Part shown: positions 38,655 through 52,114 of the stretch, piece by piece
How the letters are laid out: each line of letters opens with the position of its first letter
Numbering within the stretch: the stretch's first letter is position 1
From: Lama glama
Lineage: Eukaryota
Direction: 5' to 3'
DNA: 64,000 bases
NCBI GenBank assembly: GCA_028534125.1
Contig: CM052817.1
Span: 26,910,001 to 26,974,000 of the forward strand
The notes under the pieces: generated by a model
Database searches by the model: none
What the model saw: only the letters and a program-made list of their open reading frames with translations
What the model was told of the DNA's origin: nothing
Position numbers and translations under genes: made by a program

Positions 38655-39125
38655 TACAACAATAGCGGGGGTGGTACAATGTGGAAGCAACCCAAGCGCC
38701 CATTAATAGATGAATGGGTAAGCAAAATGTGGCATACACATATGATGGAACATCATTCAGCCTTCAAAAGGAAGGACATTCTGACACTTGCTACACATGA
38801 TTCAACCTTGAGGATATTATGCTAAGTGAAATAAGCTAGCCACAAAAAGACAAACCCTGTATGTTTCCAGTTATATGAGGTACCCAGAGAAGTCAAAATC
38901 ATAGAAACAGAAAGTAGAACGGTGGTTGTGAGGGGCTGGGGGGAGGGGAGACAGAGTTACTACTTAATGGATATAGTTTCAGTTTTGCAAGATGAAAAGA
39001 GTTCTATGGATGGGAGGTAGTGACAGTCGCATAACAATATGAATGTACTTAATATAAGTGAACAGTATGCTTAAAAATCGTTACGATGGCAGATTTTGTG
39101 TTATGTGTATTTGATCACAGTTTCA
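38655..39125 (+). mobile_element. L1MB-type LINE 3' fragment
   Basis: tggaagcaacccaagcgcccattaatagatgaatgg...aaccttgaggatattatgctaagtgaaataagc...gtttcagttttgcaagatgaaaagagttct. Confidence 0.9.
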
Positions 39126-39619
39126 ATGGGAGTAGTGCAAGACAGCCCACTGGGATTACGAAGAAAGGATATCTTCTATTTATACTTGTTATCTTATCTA
39201 CTTATTACATAGGTGTGTTGCAAATGCCTGAGATTTATAAACACATATATGTATGATCAAGATGGACAACAAAAAAAGTCTTCAAAATACCAGGTATCCT
39301 AGAAAGAAATATGGATCCTAAAGCCATCTTAGAAAGCGGGCCTGAAACACGTCATCATTATACAGAGAAAGTTTACAGACTGGGACGGGGGAGGGCAAGC
39401 AAGGGAGGAGGAGCTTGCAGAACAAAGGCAACTCGACCAATACAACACACCCATTTGGTGAAGCAAGCACTAGGATTCAGATCCATAAAGTATACATTTT
39501 AGTGCAAGTTCCATTCTGCTGGCTCTAAAATAATAATGTTAACACCAAATTAAAGGAATCACCAACAAGCATCACTAAGTTTTTTAGGAAACCAAATACA
39601 TGAAAACAGGGACGGAAAG

Positions 39620-39900
39620 ACTACTGACTCCTGCCATGTGCCAGGAATCTACTTGACACACGTACTTATATACATACTTTGCACATATGATGGCACAGAC
39701 ACTTTCCACATATTATTAGCTCATTCAGCCATCACAGGAATTTTAGGAGTAGGTGATATGAGCCCATTTTATAAGAGAAGAAACTGAGGCTTAAAGGCAC
39801 TTAGTGACTTGCCCAGGGACACAGTGCAATGAAGCAGATCTGGGATTTGAAGCCTAGTTGGATATATCTGACTCCAAATACCACTCTTTTTCCAGGATGC
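39620..39900 (-). mobile_element. MIR SINE
   Basis: cccattttataagagaagaaactgaggctt...agtgacttgcccaggg. Confidence 0.85.
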
Positions 39901-41979
39901 CTAGAATGAGGTGAGAGTAAGAAACACATTTTTTCATCATGATCCTGTAAATACACATGTATTTATCCAACTGTAAAAACTGTTTTATAAAATAACACTT
40001 AAGCTAAAACTGACAGATGATGGCTAGTTTGTTGCCCAGCATCACGGGAACATTGCCGCTGTATCAGGTATCTAACCTGAGAAAAAGCGTTCTTCTCACA
40101 AAAGTGCCAGGAACAAGTGGTGATACTCATCCAAAGTTGATCATCTCTCATGAAAGCACTTGTGCCATAACCACATTTTATATCAAAAAAACCCAAAAAA
40201 CCCAACTCAGCAAACTGCTCAGCATTTCATTAGCCTCCCATTCCAAACCCTCCAGACTTCCAGAAGGCTCTTGACAGAACTATGACACACTCTTGAGGGA
40301 AATGTTTTACCTCGATGGAACCCAGACCAAATATGCCCTCATACAGGAAACGCATGGTGGGTCCAGGTGCATTCACGTGGGCAAAGTAATACAGGTGAAA
40401 CAGTGATTCATTTCATCCCAAACTACATCCATCATTTAAAAACTACGTTTTGCCACGTTACTCCAAACTGTATATGGCATTCTTCTCTTCCACTTCTGCC
40501 AAAGAAAGCAAAGGCTGAGATTCAGCTCATAAAGATTTTAAAAGGATTTATATGCTCTTATAGAGGCAAGTGGAGGAAAAGAGAAAAAAAGTAGGCAGAC
40601 TTCTGAGTAGTGAGTGGTGGGTGGAAGATTTAGTCTGCTGACTACACAGATTTTTGGTCATTTTAAATTAGGTTTTGATTTTTAAATTTCTTATTTTGCT
40701 TACTGGTATTGATAAAAAGTCCCCTGGAGAATGTCATGCAGTTTGAAACGTTCATATCCCTTTTGACATTAACTTGTTCTTTTCTTAAGAGTAAGAATAT
40801 AACCTTTAAAACACTCCAGTTGAAATTATGGTGAGCCAAAATAACTTACACTAAATGATCCTGTTTATTTTTTTTAAAAACACATGCAAAAGAACACAGA
40901 AAAAAATACACATGGAGTTCTAACTATAGCCATTTTTTTCCTGCTTCTTGGTTTCTGAGTTTGGAGCAAGAGGATTTTGTTCGTTCATTTTTGGCAAACA
41001 AGCAGAGAAAAGCAGCAAAAAGTGCAGACAAGCGCTAGACTTTTTAACCCCACGTCCCAAAACAGACAACGCTTTTTAACTTACAGCTTTGAAAATTCTC
41101 CTTCCCTAACTTACCTCACCCCTTGGTTTTCTAGGTTTCTTTTAGAATCTGCAGAAAAATAGAGGATATTTCAGCTGAGGATTTTACTCATCTGACTCTT
41201 TCCTGAGGTGGGCTGAGGTTTCTCTTTAAGAATCTTTTATGAGAATGTTCAGGACAGTCTGAACTATTAAGTTATAAATCCTACCAGTGACAAGAGCTTT
41301 ACAACGAGGAGAACACTTGTTTTGTCCCGTCTCTCTGCCTACCTTGGTCTTTCTCTCTCTCACACACACATACCATAAATTCATACTGAGAATCATGGAG
41401 TGAAAACTGTCAATTAAGGCAAAAGAGTCTAAAAATAAGCATCTTTGCTAACACTGTCTGCAGCCAACACTCAGAACAACTTTTTGAGAATGAAAACTAT
41501 GGTAAGTCATTTGACTGGTTAGCTGCACAGCTTTTCAGTTCGTTTCAGCAGCTACAGACTCTGCTTCTGACACAATTAAACATGTAAGATATCTCCTGGA
41601 CAGTATTCTTGGATGCCTTATAAATATGTAGTGAGGAAAAGAGCAGACAGATACTTGGAAGCTTGGTCAACAGCTGAGGAGAAACACTGGGAATCTCTGC
41701 AAATAAGCCTGGCATGTGGCTAGGAGTGTCGAGAGCACCTAGACTCCCTGATGCCCAGACTCGGAGGACACACCCCCCGCAGGACCCACCCAGCCTCCCT
41801 GCCTCCAATTAGGGCTGATCCCCGTGGGCAGTGACCTGCAAACCGAACTCTGTAGGGCCTGACGGAAAGCAGGCCAGCCCTCCATTTGCAAGGACTCCAC
41901 CCTTGTCTGCACATTTCAGTCTATTCCGCTGCTTATCTGAAAGCATCCTGGTTGTGTACACAACCCTAGTGCCTCTCGC

Positions 41980-42160
41980 CCTGCACATCCAGCTCTGTGC
42001 TAAGTGTTCGTCTGATCCTCACAACCACCCATGAGGCAGGTTACTACTATTAACCCCATCTTGGAGAGGGGGAACTGTGTGATGTGACTCAGCCACAATC
42101 ATTCACTAAGTAAAGACAGGGCTGGGATTTCAAATATCCAGTCGTTATGTCCCATCAAAG
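41980..42160 (-). mobile_element. MIR SINE
   Basis: atcctcacaaccacccatgaggcagg...attaaccccatc. Confidence 0.75.
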
Positions 42161-42766
42161 CTTATGCCGCAGATCTCATTTTAGGGTCAAGAACCAGAGA
42201 AAAGACTTCCAGGGGTTTGATTTCTGGAGTCTACAGCAATTCAGAAGGCTTCCTGCTTCGACCAAAAATAAAACAAAGCATTGTTTTTCAAAAAAGGAGT
42301 GTGTTTTTACACATGTTTTTCATGAGAATTATAACTCTTGTCAAATTTTGCCCAGATTGTACTGACTCTCAAAGGAACATGGCACTCTAACACAAGGGCA
42401 AGCCCGGACCAGAGCAGACCTGTGTCAGGACAGGGGTTGTGCTTCTCAAGCCCCGTGGGCAGAGGAATCCCCTGAAGAGCATGCAGGTCTGAGATCCACC
42501 TACCAGGTCTGATTCCATAAGGCACAGGCAGGGCCCAGGCCCACTCTGTAAGACCTGCCTAGGAGATTTTGATGCAGGTAGACCAGAGGCCAAACCGGGA
42601 GGAAACAGTGACTTAACAAACTCTGATGAGATTGCCTCCAAGACTTGAAAATGAAGGAAATGAGACTATTCTTGGAGTTACGGTACAACAGTTGACTCAG
42701 CTGATGGTTCAAAGCCAAGAAACGGGATGAGAATGAGATAGGAAGGCTTCCAAACATACTATAACA

Positions 42767-43410
42767 GTGATATTGTGACTTGCAGATTGAGCTAATCACC
42801 AGCGGCCAGTGATTTAGTCAACCAACCCGCCCCCCCCCCCACCAGGGGGTGGGTAAGAGAACCTCCATAAAGAGCCTCAACGAAGAGGGTTGGAGAGTTT
42901 GCAGGTTAGTGAACATATCCACATGCTTGGGGGGTGGTGTGCCCCAACCCCATAGGGATAGAAACTCCTATACCTGGGACCCTTTTGAACCTCACAGTAT
43001 GTATCTCTTTACTTGGCTGTTCATCTGTATCCTTTATAATATCCTTTATAATAAACTGGTAAACGTTAAGTTTCCCTGAATTCGGAGAGCCACTATAGTC
43101 AATTATCAAACCTGAAGAGAGGGTGATGCAAAATCCCAGTCTGAGAGGGTCATGGGAACTCCCAATCTGTAGTCAAGTAGGACAGAATGGTGGTAACCTG
43201 GGGACCCATTACTCGTGATTAGCATCTGAAGTGGGAGGCAGCCTTGTGGGACTAAGCCCTTACCCTGCAGGGTCTGTGCTAATGCTGGGTAGTCAAGTGT
43301 CAGAACTGAATTAAATTGTAGGATGCCCAGTTGGTATCTGCAGAGAATTTGAGAATTGCTTGGTATGGAAAATCTACACATTTGGTGTCAGAAGTGTTCT
43401 GTGTAGGTTG
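42767..43410 (+). mobile_element. MER21-family LTR (internally deleted)
   Basis: gtgatattgtga start; ggctgttcatctgtatcctttataatatcctttataataaactggtaa; gcatctgaagtggg...gtgtcagaactgaattaaattgtagga. Confidence 0.85.
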
Positions 43411-44964
43411 AACAAAACAGATCATAGTGGTTGGAATAACTTATCTCGAACTCAGCAGAAAATACTACTACATCTTAAGAAAGACTGTGTCAGTCAGAAA
43501 CCCAGGCAGCCTAGAAAAAGCAGATCATAAGCTCAAATTCTAAAGAAGAGAGAACCTTAGCCAATTCAAGGATTCTAGGTCCCTGGCAGCATCATCCCAG
43601 ACACATCAGGCTCTTGTGGTTTGATACCATTTAAACTTGAGATTCATCAGATTCCCCGATGGCAAAGACCATGTTTGTCAAGCAACCTCCCGCTTATGCC
43701 TAGGTTTCCATATGGTTGTCTAGAGAGGAAGAATACCCAGTCATGTAGTTTAGGGCAAATCAGGTCATACGATAATTATTTCTAATTAGGAAATAATACA
43801 CTTGCACTGAAAGTGCACACTGATTGTGTAACGTCAAGAAATTCAGTGCCCAAAAGAATGATCATTCTCATCAGCAATTAATAAACCGACATTTTTGCCG
43901 TAGTGCTTCAATCTCATGAACTTGATGAATGAGTCCATCCCTAAGAGACAGATGTGCCGTTAGAGCCTGGTTTTAGAGCCTGTCAGCTAGAGCCTTGGCC
44001 AAGGTCACAAACGTCACTTGGTAAATTTGCTGGGTGTCTTTCCTGGCAGAGACCTTCGATGTCAACTTGTGAGGAGAAAAGTGTGCCAGCCTTTCTACAT
44101 GTGGCCCCTTCACTTTACTGTAGAGAAGGAAAAAGAAGAGAAATGGAATGTGTCATCTCTGCGTTCAATAGCTCAATCACTGTCTAGCATTATTGTAGAA
44201 GTAAGGCTAAATCAAGTTCAATATTTAAAATGGGAAAAAAGAGCAGACTGGTTCAAACCACTGCAACTATTCCAGTGTGTTTTCTGGAGGCAGCCCCCTC
44301 ATACTACCAACCTGCTTAAGCGCCCACTCCATCCTTATCCCATCACTGTCTAAATCTAAGCATGTTACAACAACACACCGAAAGAACATATAAAAGTCTC
44401 AGACATAGTGGAAGAATTGTGTCCAAGCAGAGCCACAACTCTAACTTCAGGGCATTACCCCCAGCTCTTCCCACAGTGTCACAAACTCATACATCTAAAA
44501 TCAGAAACATCCTTCTCCAAAAACTAATTCCTTCTCCCAATCTCACTGTCTCTGAAAACCATCATTTTCGTAGTCTTCAGACTGAAAATCTGACATCTTT
44601 GATTCTACCCTCTCCCTCACCACCTATATCCAAACAATCACTAAATCCCAGAGATTCCTTTCTTCCATCTCTGCTCTATTATTAAAGCTACTAGTCTCCA
44701 GTCCTCATGATCTCAAGTGAATTACTGTGAAACTCTCCTGCCTACATATTCTAGGCACCAATGTCAGATATACCCTTTTCAAACTCCACCTTGCAAACAG
44801 CACTCCTTTTCTCATAATCAATCATTTCTCACTAACAAAAGCAAGTTCACAGTTAAGCATTAGCATCTTCCAGTCTGGCCTCCACCTATCTGACCTCGCT
44901 CACAATTATTCTTCATAGACTCTCCTCTCCAACAAAACTGCTGGAAGCATTAACTCACACGGAG

Positions 44965-46470
44965 CACAAAAGTTCCCAGAAAGGATTTCAGGAGGTCTCT
45001 GAGGTCGAAATTATTTTCATAATACTGAGATGTTATATACAGCTTTTTTCACCATGTTGACATTTAACTGATAGGTGCAAAATACGGATAAAATTGCTGG
45101 CATCTCAGCACGAAGCAAGACAATGGCACAAACCATACCAGTAATTATTGTATTACTCAATATTACGTATTCCTACTAAAAACAACAGCAGTTTTGCATA
45201 AGAACATCCTTGTTGAAGCAGTAAAAATTATTTTATTAAATCTCAGCCCTTGTATATGCCTTTTTCATGTAAGTATGCATAAAGCATTTCTGCTGCATAC
45301 AGAAGTCTGATTGCTGTTTCCAGGAAAAGCACATGGCACGCTTTTTACTTGACAGAATGACAGACCAACTATGGTTACTCACATTTGGGTACCAGGTAGA
45401 CATTTTCTCAAAAACGAATGAGGTGAGCCTGTCACTTCAAGGAAAACAACTGATGGTATTTGTTGCCAATGATAAAATGTGAGCTTTGAAGCAAAAATTA
45501 GAATTTTGGAAAACTTGTATTCACTACTGAGAGCTTGACAGCTTCCTAATAATTAATGACTTTTCTGGTGCAATGGGTGGTGAGATTAACAAATGTAATG
45601 TTTTCATATTGTATAATGAAATATGTCAACATTTGGAAGATCTTCATAACTCATTGAACCAACATTTTCCAAATCACGACTGCATGATGTTACAAAATTA
45701 TATACGACAGACCAATAGATTTTAATATAACAGAGTGCAAAAAAAGTTTACTACTGTGTTTTCAGATTCTACATTGTAACTAACCTTTAAGAAACTACCA
45801 ATTATCAAGTTTTGGTATAACACTGAAAAAAAAAAAACCCTCCACAATTGCCTGAAAAGGCTATTTCCACCTATATACGTCCAAGAGGCTGGCAGGATTT
45901 TCCTCATCTACTTCAACCAAAACAATTTACTGATATACACTGAAGGTAGAAGCTGACAAGAGAATCCAGATGCCTTTAATTAAGCCATACATTAAAGAGA
46001 TTTTCAGATAAACAAAATATCATGTTTCTCATAAACTGTTACTGGCTTTGGGGGAAAAAAAGGGCTGTGTTTCATAAAACATCCTATTTTGTTAACATTA
46101 ATGGGTTTCTTATTTTTTTCTTTGCATTTTATAACATGATTTATCGATCTTTTTGATGATTAAAACTGCACAATAAAATGTATTCTGTAGTTTATATATG
46201 CCTTTCTTTAGGGATAATCCCATTTGATTTTTTTTAATTATGTATTTTTTTTTAATTGTAGTATAGTCAGTTTACAATGTATCAATTTCTGGTATACAGC
46301 ATAATGTTTAGTTTCTTATTTTTTTTAATGAGTAACTTTAAAAATCTGTTTTAATTTTTAATACAATAAATATTGATAGATATCATCCATACAAACTACA
46401 AACCTTTGAGGTTCTCAATAATTTTTGAAGTGTAAAGAGGTCCCCAAGATCAAAAAGTTTGAGAACAGTG
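44965..46470. mobile_element. Charlie1-like hAT DNA transposon remnant (short L1 3' tail inserted at ~46240-46310)
   Basis: gacattttctcaaaaacgaatgaggtgagcctgtcacttcaaggaaaacaactga...ttgccaatgataaaat; ends aaaaagtttgagaacagtg. Confidence 0.85.
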
Positions 46471-46807
46471 CCTGAGAGCAAGCACTTCTTTTGATTTCTT
46501 CTTTTTACTGTGTGCCCATTACTTCTTTACTTCTCCAAACTCTATTTGTCTTTCAAGTCTGTCCTCTTCCTGCATCACAAGGGCCCTCCAGGTCAAGAAA
46601 TACCTTATCTGGAATTTTATGACCCTTATCTGTTCTACATATTTGGCCAAAAATCTACCCGGTATCAACTACTTAGGTTCTGAGGTAAATGTATTCATTC
46701 CACATTATTTTTCTAACACAAGTGTATCCTGGGCACTGTTTATTCTGTGTGCTCAGGATATAGCAGTGAATAAAACAGACTGGACCCCTTCCTCCTGCAG
46801 CTTCCAG

Positions 46808-47025
46808 TCCAGTGTGCCCACCCAAAGTGTGGCCAAGCACCAGAGCTATGTATCAACTCACCTGAGAGCCTGCTAAAAATGCAGAATCTCCACAACTAAA
46901 AAAAAAAATTGTTTTTTAAATTTTCAATGCAGAATCTCAGGCTCCAGCCCAGACCTAATGAATCAGAATCTGCATTTCAACAAGATCTCCAGGAGATTTT
47001 CCTGTACAGTAACATTTGAGAAGCA
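46808..47025. mobile_element. MER5A MITE interrupted by a 35-nt insertion with 13-bp flanking duplication
   Basis: aatgcagaatctcaggctccagcccagacctaatgaatcagaatctgcatttcaacaagatctccagg. Confidence 0.85.
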
Positions 47026-48742
47026 GAAGATTTATGCATCCTTCTAATGATTGTGAACTTCTTGGAGGTAAACTATTGCCTTTAATTTGCTGCACTGCTA
47101 GTGTAAATAATACAACTTACTTATTACACTCATCATTCACTCCAACATGAGTACTCATTATATGGACTCATTTCTGGGGATTAAAGACGACACTCACAAA
47201 GGCAGAACAGCTTATATTATACCCTAAAGAAGGCTTCAATCTCACTGCAACGATAAGACAAAAATTATAATAATAATTAACATTTCAAAAAATGCTTTCT
47301 GTGGGCCAGGTATTGTGCCAGGGGCTTTAGGTAGCAATTTTATTGTTATTTCCAACTTTAGAGATAAGAAATTTGGGGCTCAGAGGTTAAGAAAGTGATG
47401 GAACTGGGATGAGTCAGATCTGGCTCTAAAATCCTGAAAGTGGTAAACGCTGTGAGAGAGAGATTTAAAAGACTCTTGAGGAAGGCGCCTACGAGTCCCT
47501 TGAAGGAAAGATTATGCTTCAATCTTGGAATCACCCAGAGAACTAGCTCAGTTCCTTACACACATCAGGAGCCCAGTAGACATTCACCAATTGAAAATAT
47601 GTGAGCGGACTGCAGTTAACCTATTATCCTTACTAAAAAGTGTCCTAAAAATAAACAGTCTAGATTTTACCAGTCTAATAATCCTTAACTACACTGAAGA
47701 TACAGCAGACCTGAGGTGAAAACGCTTCTCTCTGATATGTTATACATAGAGTCCATTCTCTGACTCAGGGCTTTCACTCCACAGCACGTGGAGGAAACAT
47801 AAACAGGAGACAGAAGGACAAGATGTCAATTGGAAGGTGACAGCCACTTGGGAATCCTGTAAGAAGCAAGGCCTATTCTGGGGAAAGAAGGGACGGGCAA
47901 GAGGTCATGAAACGCCATCCTTGTCCATAGTGAGCAAAGGATGAAAGGAAATGTTGGTGAAAGGTCCCCCAAAGGAGACATGCCTGGAGCAGAAACACAA
48001 AAGAGAAGCGGGAACTGAGGAGTTAGCTCCTTACAGAGAAGCATCCTTGATGACCTTCCATCACCAGTACCTCAGCACCCTCAGCCCTTGAACTTCCTTT
48101 ACTCCACCTCCCAAAAGTGCTTTCCCAGCAGCTGGGAGTCATCTCCATTCTCTCACTTTCTGACAACGCCACATGGAACTGTGACCACCTTTTCATCTAG
48201 AACATTCTGAGAAGAGGTTCCACAGCTCTATTAACACTATCCTACATGTTGATTAGGGACTAAGGCTGTCAAGGGCCAGCCATCCTGAATACCTAACCAT
48301 CGCATATACATACTACCATGTGTATAGAAAAGAGTCCTGGTAACAAACAAATAACAGAACAAAATCAGCTTCCTAAACAAGCCATTTATACGCTGGAGAC
48401 CTACTTTTATAATATCCTCAATGCACCAACTCAGCGCTGCTCTAAATGAAGACTTCTTCAAATTACACTGAAGAAGAAAAATAATCACCTAACAAGGAAG
48501 AATCCTTGCAAAGATTAAACTCAATCATATTCAAAGTAAATCTATGGAGGACAAAAAAAAAAAAAAAGGGAAAGCTCATGTAACAATATCATCTCCCCTC
48601 TTAGACACTCACAACAATGTTTTAGAGTTGGAGTCACCCAGTCCTCTTACTTTCTGACCCTTACACGTGGAATATTGACCACATATGATTTTCTAATAGT
48701 TAAATGATTCAGTTTTCTAGCCAAATCTGTCTGAATAGGAAG

Positions 48743-48854
48743 CTCTTTTTTTTTTAATTGAACTTCAGTCAATTACAATGTGTCTATTTCTGGTGTACAG
48801 CACAATGTCCCTGTCATGGATATACATTCATATATTCATTTTCATATTTTTGTC
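48743..48854 (-). mobile_element. Very short L1 3' end with poly(A) and 12-bp target-site duplication
   Basis: TSD ctgaataggaag at 48731-48742 and 48855-48866; poly-T then aattgaacttcagtcaattacaatgtg. Confidence 0.85.
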
Positions 48855-50169
48855 CTGAATAGGAAGTTTTTATTTCAGTATTTTGCACCCAAGGGATCTG
48901 AAAGGGAAACACAATATATAAATTATAAGGGTAACTGGTAACTACCTTCACATTTATGAAAGCAAATTGGGTATATTAACGGAGCCAGACTTGAAGCACA
49001 AAATTTATGAACCACCCACATCCCAGCTTTTGGAAAGCTAATGTTTTCCCTCCTCTAACCAGATTAACAGATGGAGAACTCTGAGAAGTCATCTAAAGAT
49101 GTCTTTGGAAATTTCGAGCATGTTTTGCTTAACAGTTCATGTCACACTTTATAATTCTACCAGAAGGCATGGGACTGAGACTAGGACGACTATGATTAGA
49201 AGAAGGCTGTAGATGCAGGCGTGCTGCTACCATAGCATTAGAGCTGCGCGCAGCTGTCCCAGGCAAGACCAACACTAGCCTAGTTCTTTCCACTGTAATA
49301 GTTGCATGTGTGTATGACGGCTGAGTCCACTGACAGAGCCTCGGTCACAGGCCCAGTGCCTTCAGCTCCAGGAGACAGGACCCATCCGAAGGGCTGCCGC
49401 TGACCAGAGGCCTCTATGGCATTTGAGCCCAGTGTTATGAGATTTCTGGATTTACAATAGAAACAAGAAACCCATATTTTTATGTAAAAGCTTCCAATTT
49501 CTAAGCATTGGGCTAATTCAAAACATCACCTACTAGACAAACCCTGTCTGCAGGTTTCCTGTGCACCCCCCAGCAGGCCCGTTTGTGATTTCAGAAACTT
49601 TCATGGCATCCTGCTGCCTTCGCATAGCCCTAAAGATAGGGTCATGTATTTATATATGTTTTAATATATTCTACATAGCTCCTCAGAAAATCCTGTACGT
49701 TTAGTAAGCAATGTCTCCTCAACAGAGGTAAGAAAGCATGCCTATTACTGATACCCCTGCCTGTCTGTTCTTAAGCTTTAATCCAAAGGCTAACACCATT
49801 TCCATATCACCAAGTTCCCTGAACTACCCTGTTCAGAACTGAGCCAACCTGCTCAATGTGAAGCTTTACTATGTCTTTATCATGCTTTCCTGCCCTTTCC
49901 ACACTTAGCCGCAATCACAGTTGGGTTTGTGGTTTCAGATTCACCAGCATCAGTTCCACACTTAAGTTTCTTCACTGAAGAATCTGGACGAATGCAGCCC
50001 CAAACTATCTTGAGGTCCTCTGCAGCCTTTTATGTTCACTTATCAATTCTGACCATATTGGCAAGTATTAACTTTTCTTCTTGAAAAATTTCAACACAGT
50101 AATTCCTGCAAATATCCTTTCACAGCTCCTCTGTGTTGTGTATATTAAGGAATTATCTGGGAAGGTATC

Positions 50170-50569
50170 TGTACTGGGTCGAATACTATTCTCCTAATAT
50201 TCATATTTACTGAGAACCTCAGGATGTGATCTTATTTGGAAATACGCCCTCTGCAGATAAAACCATTTAGGCTGAGGCCATCCTGGATTAGCACGGGCCC
50301 TAAGTCCAATGACTGGTGTCCTTCTAAGGCCACGGGAAGACACAGGCAGAGATCACAGTGATGCAACTACAAGCCAAGGAATGCCAAGAGTTGCCAGGAC
50401 CCGCCAGAAGTCTGGAAAGGGCAAGGAAAGAGCTTCACAGGGGGCATGACCCTGCTGACACCTTGATTTCAAACTTTCAGCCTCCAGAACTGTGAGAGAA
50501 TAAATTTCTGTTGTTTTAAGCTACCAAATGTGCAGTAATTTGTGGCAGCAGCCCTGAGAAACTAATAGA
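50170..50569 (+). mobile_element. MaLR solo LTR (MLT1B/C-like)
   Basis: tgt start; cagcctccagaactgtgagagaataaatttctgttgttttaagc; near-identical 5-bp flanks gtatc/atatc. Confidence 0.9.
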
Positions 50570-50841
50570 ATATCTAAACACCTTCTCTTCTTTGTTGGGA
50601 AACTTGTGCTGCCCAGGCTCTGGCGGGGGGGCGTTACCTGTTCGTACTTCCTGAGGCACGACATTGAACGTGAACAAAGAACCCAGGGACACATTTGGAA
50701 GGCAACCACATGCGGTGGGGGCTTCATCCATGGAGACAGGAAACTACATGTGAGTTATTTGAGGTCACAGACCAGTTCTAATTTATTTCTATGTTTCAGG
50801 CACCTAGCACCATCCACTGAGTAGACTTTAAAAAAATGATT

Positions 50842-52114
50842 GGGGGAGGAGACAGAGAAGATGGCGGAGTAGAAGGACACTCGTAAGTCACCCTCTCCCA
50901 CAAATACACCAAGACCCACATCCACAGACCCACTCAGCCAACCAGAGCACCTGCGGAACTCCAACAGATCATCGCCCTCTTCAAAAGATAAAGACGCCAA
51001 AAATCTGGTAGGAGAAAAGGAAAAAAGAAAGAACAAAAGGCAAAGCAGCGCAGAACGGGTCCCGCAGGGAGGGAGCGGCAAAGGAGGACTGGCGCTCGCT
51101 CGCTGGGTCTCCCCTCTCCAACTGAGAGGCCAGCGGGACGGAGGGGGAGCCTCCGAGGCTCGGATCTGTACAGAGCAGCCCTTGACTGACAGAACTAAGT
51201 TAAACCGGCACAAAGCATCCCCCCGAAACCCAGCCTGAGACGCGGGCCGGCAGCGGCGGGCAGGGCCAGGCTGCACAAGCCGGGCGGAGGACGGGGGCAG
51301 CTGCACGGAGGCAGCCCCGGGGGACTGCAAGGGGCTGGGCGCCGTGGCTGTGGGTGTACAGGACAGAACAACCTGGGCCCTCCATAAAACAGCAAGGTTG
51401 ATGTGCCCTGGGGGGAAGGGTGCATACCCCCATCTCTGAAAACCCGCGGAAACTTTTCAGGGGAAGAGAGGCGGGGCCCAGGCACAGCCGCCATATTCTT
51501 CGGCGCTTAGCACCCAGGCGGGGGCAGAAGCGAAACCTGCATCCGCACCGAAGGGCTTAGCAGCCTCAAAGGCCAGACTGAGACGGGCCTACAGCCTGGG
51601 GCAGATAGGATCCTTCCATCCTGATCCCTCAGAGAACTTGCTCCACAAAGACAAACAAGGAGCTGGGTTTTGGCTGGGAGCAGGGACGAGGCTGTCCCTC
51701 AGTCTTCCCGAGCCCACCCACGGAGCGCCGACCAAGGCGGAGCGCACAGCCACACAGAGCAGTGGAGCTACTGGCGGCGCAGATAGAGGGAGAGCGGTCC
51801 TCCGCCTGTCGGGCAGGAACACAGCCCCTGACCGAGGAGCTGGGAGGGGGCACGACCCGCCCTCCTGCCTGGCCAGTTTGCAACACCTGACTGCGGCATC
51901 CGGAGGGGCAGTGATCCGCCCGCCCGCAGCAGAGGAGAGCTGCATGTGACCCCGTGTTAGGAGGAGGCGCGATCTGCTTGCCGACAGGTGCTGGGAGCAG
52001 CACAGAAGAGGGCGCCAACGGAGGGCCTATGAAAACAAGCTGAGCTTCCAAAACAGGACAAAGACAGAAAGACTTCACATTAAAAGCACACAGACTCCAG
52101 AAGAACACCTACAA
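50842..52114 (+). mobile_element. 5'UTR of a young, possibly full-length L1 (runs into gap)
   Basis: Starts gggggaggagacagagAAGATGGCGGagtag (YY1 motif 50858-50867). CpG-rich 1.27 kb, preceded by an L1 endonuclease-type site ttt|aaaaaaatgatt. Confidence 0.88.

Noticed and set aside
50638..50650. 13-nt exon-like segment cag|GAAGTACGAACAG|gtaacg on minus
   Set aside because: Not frame-preserving and weak pyrimidine tract; kept only as a possible donor in the L1 finding.
50842..52114. Second CpG island as a gene promoter
   Set aside because: Better explained as an L1 5'UTR (YY1 start motif, endonuclease site).
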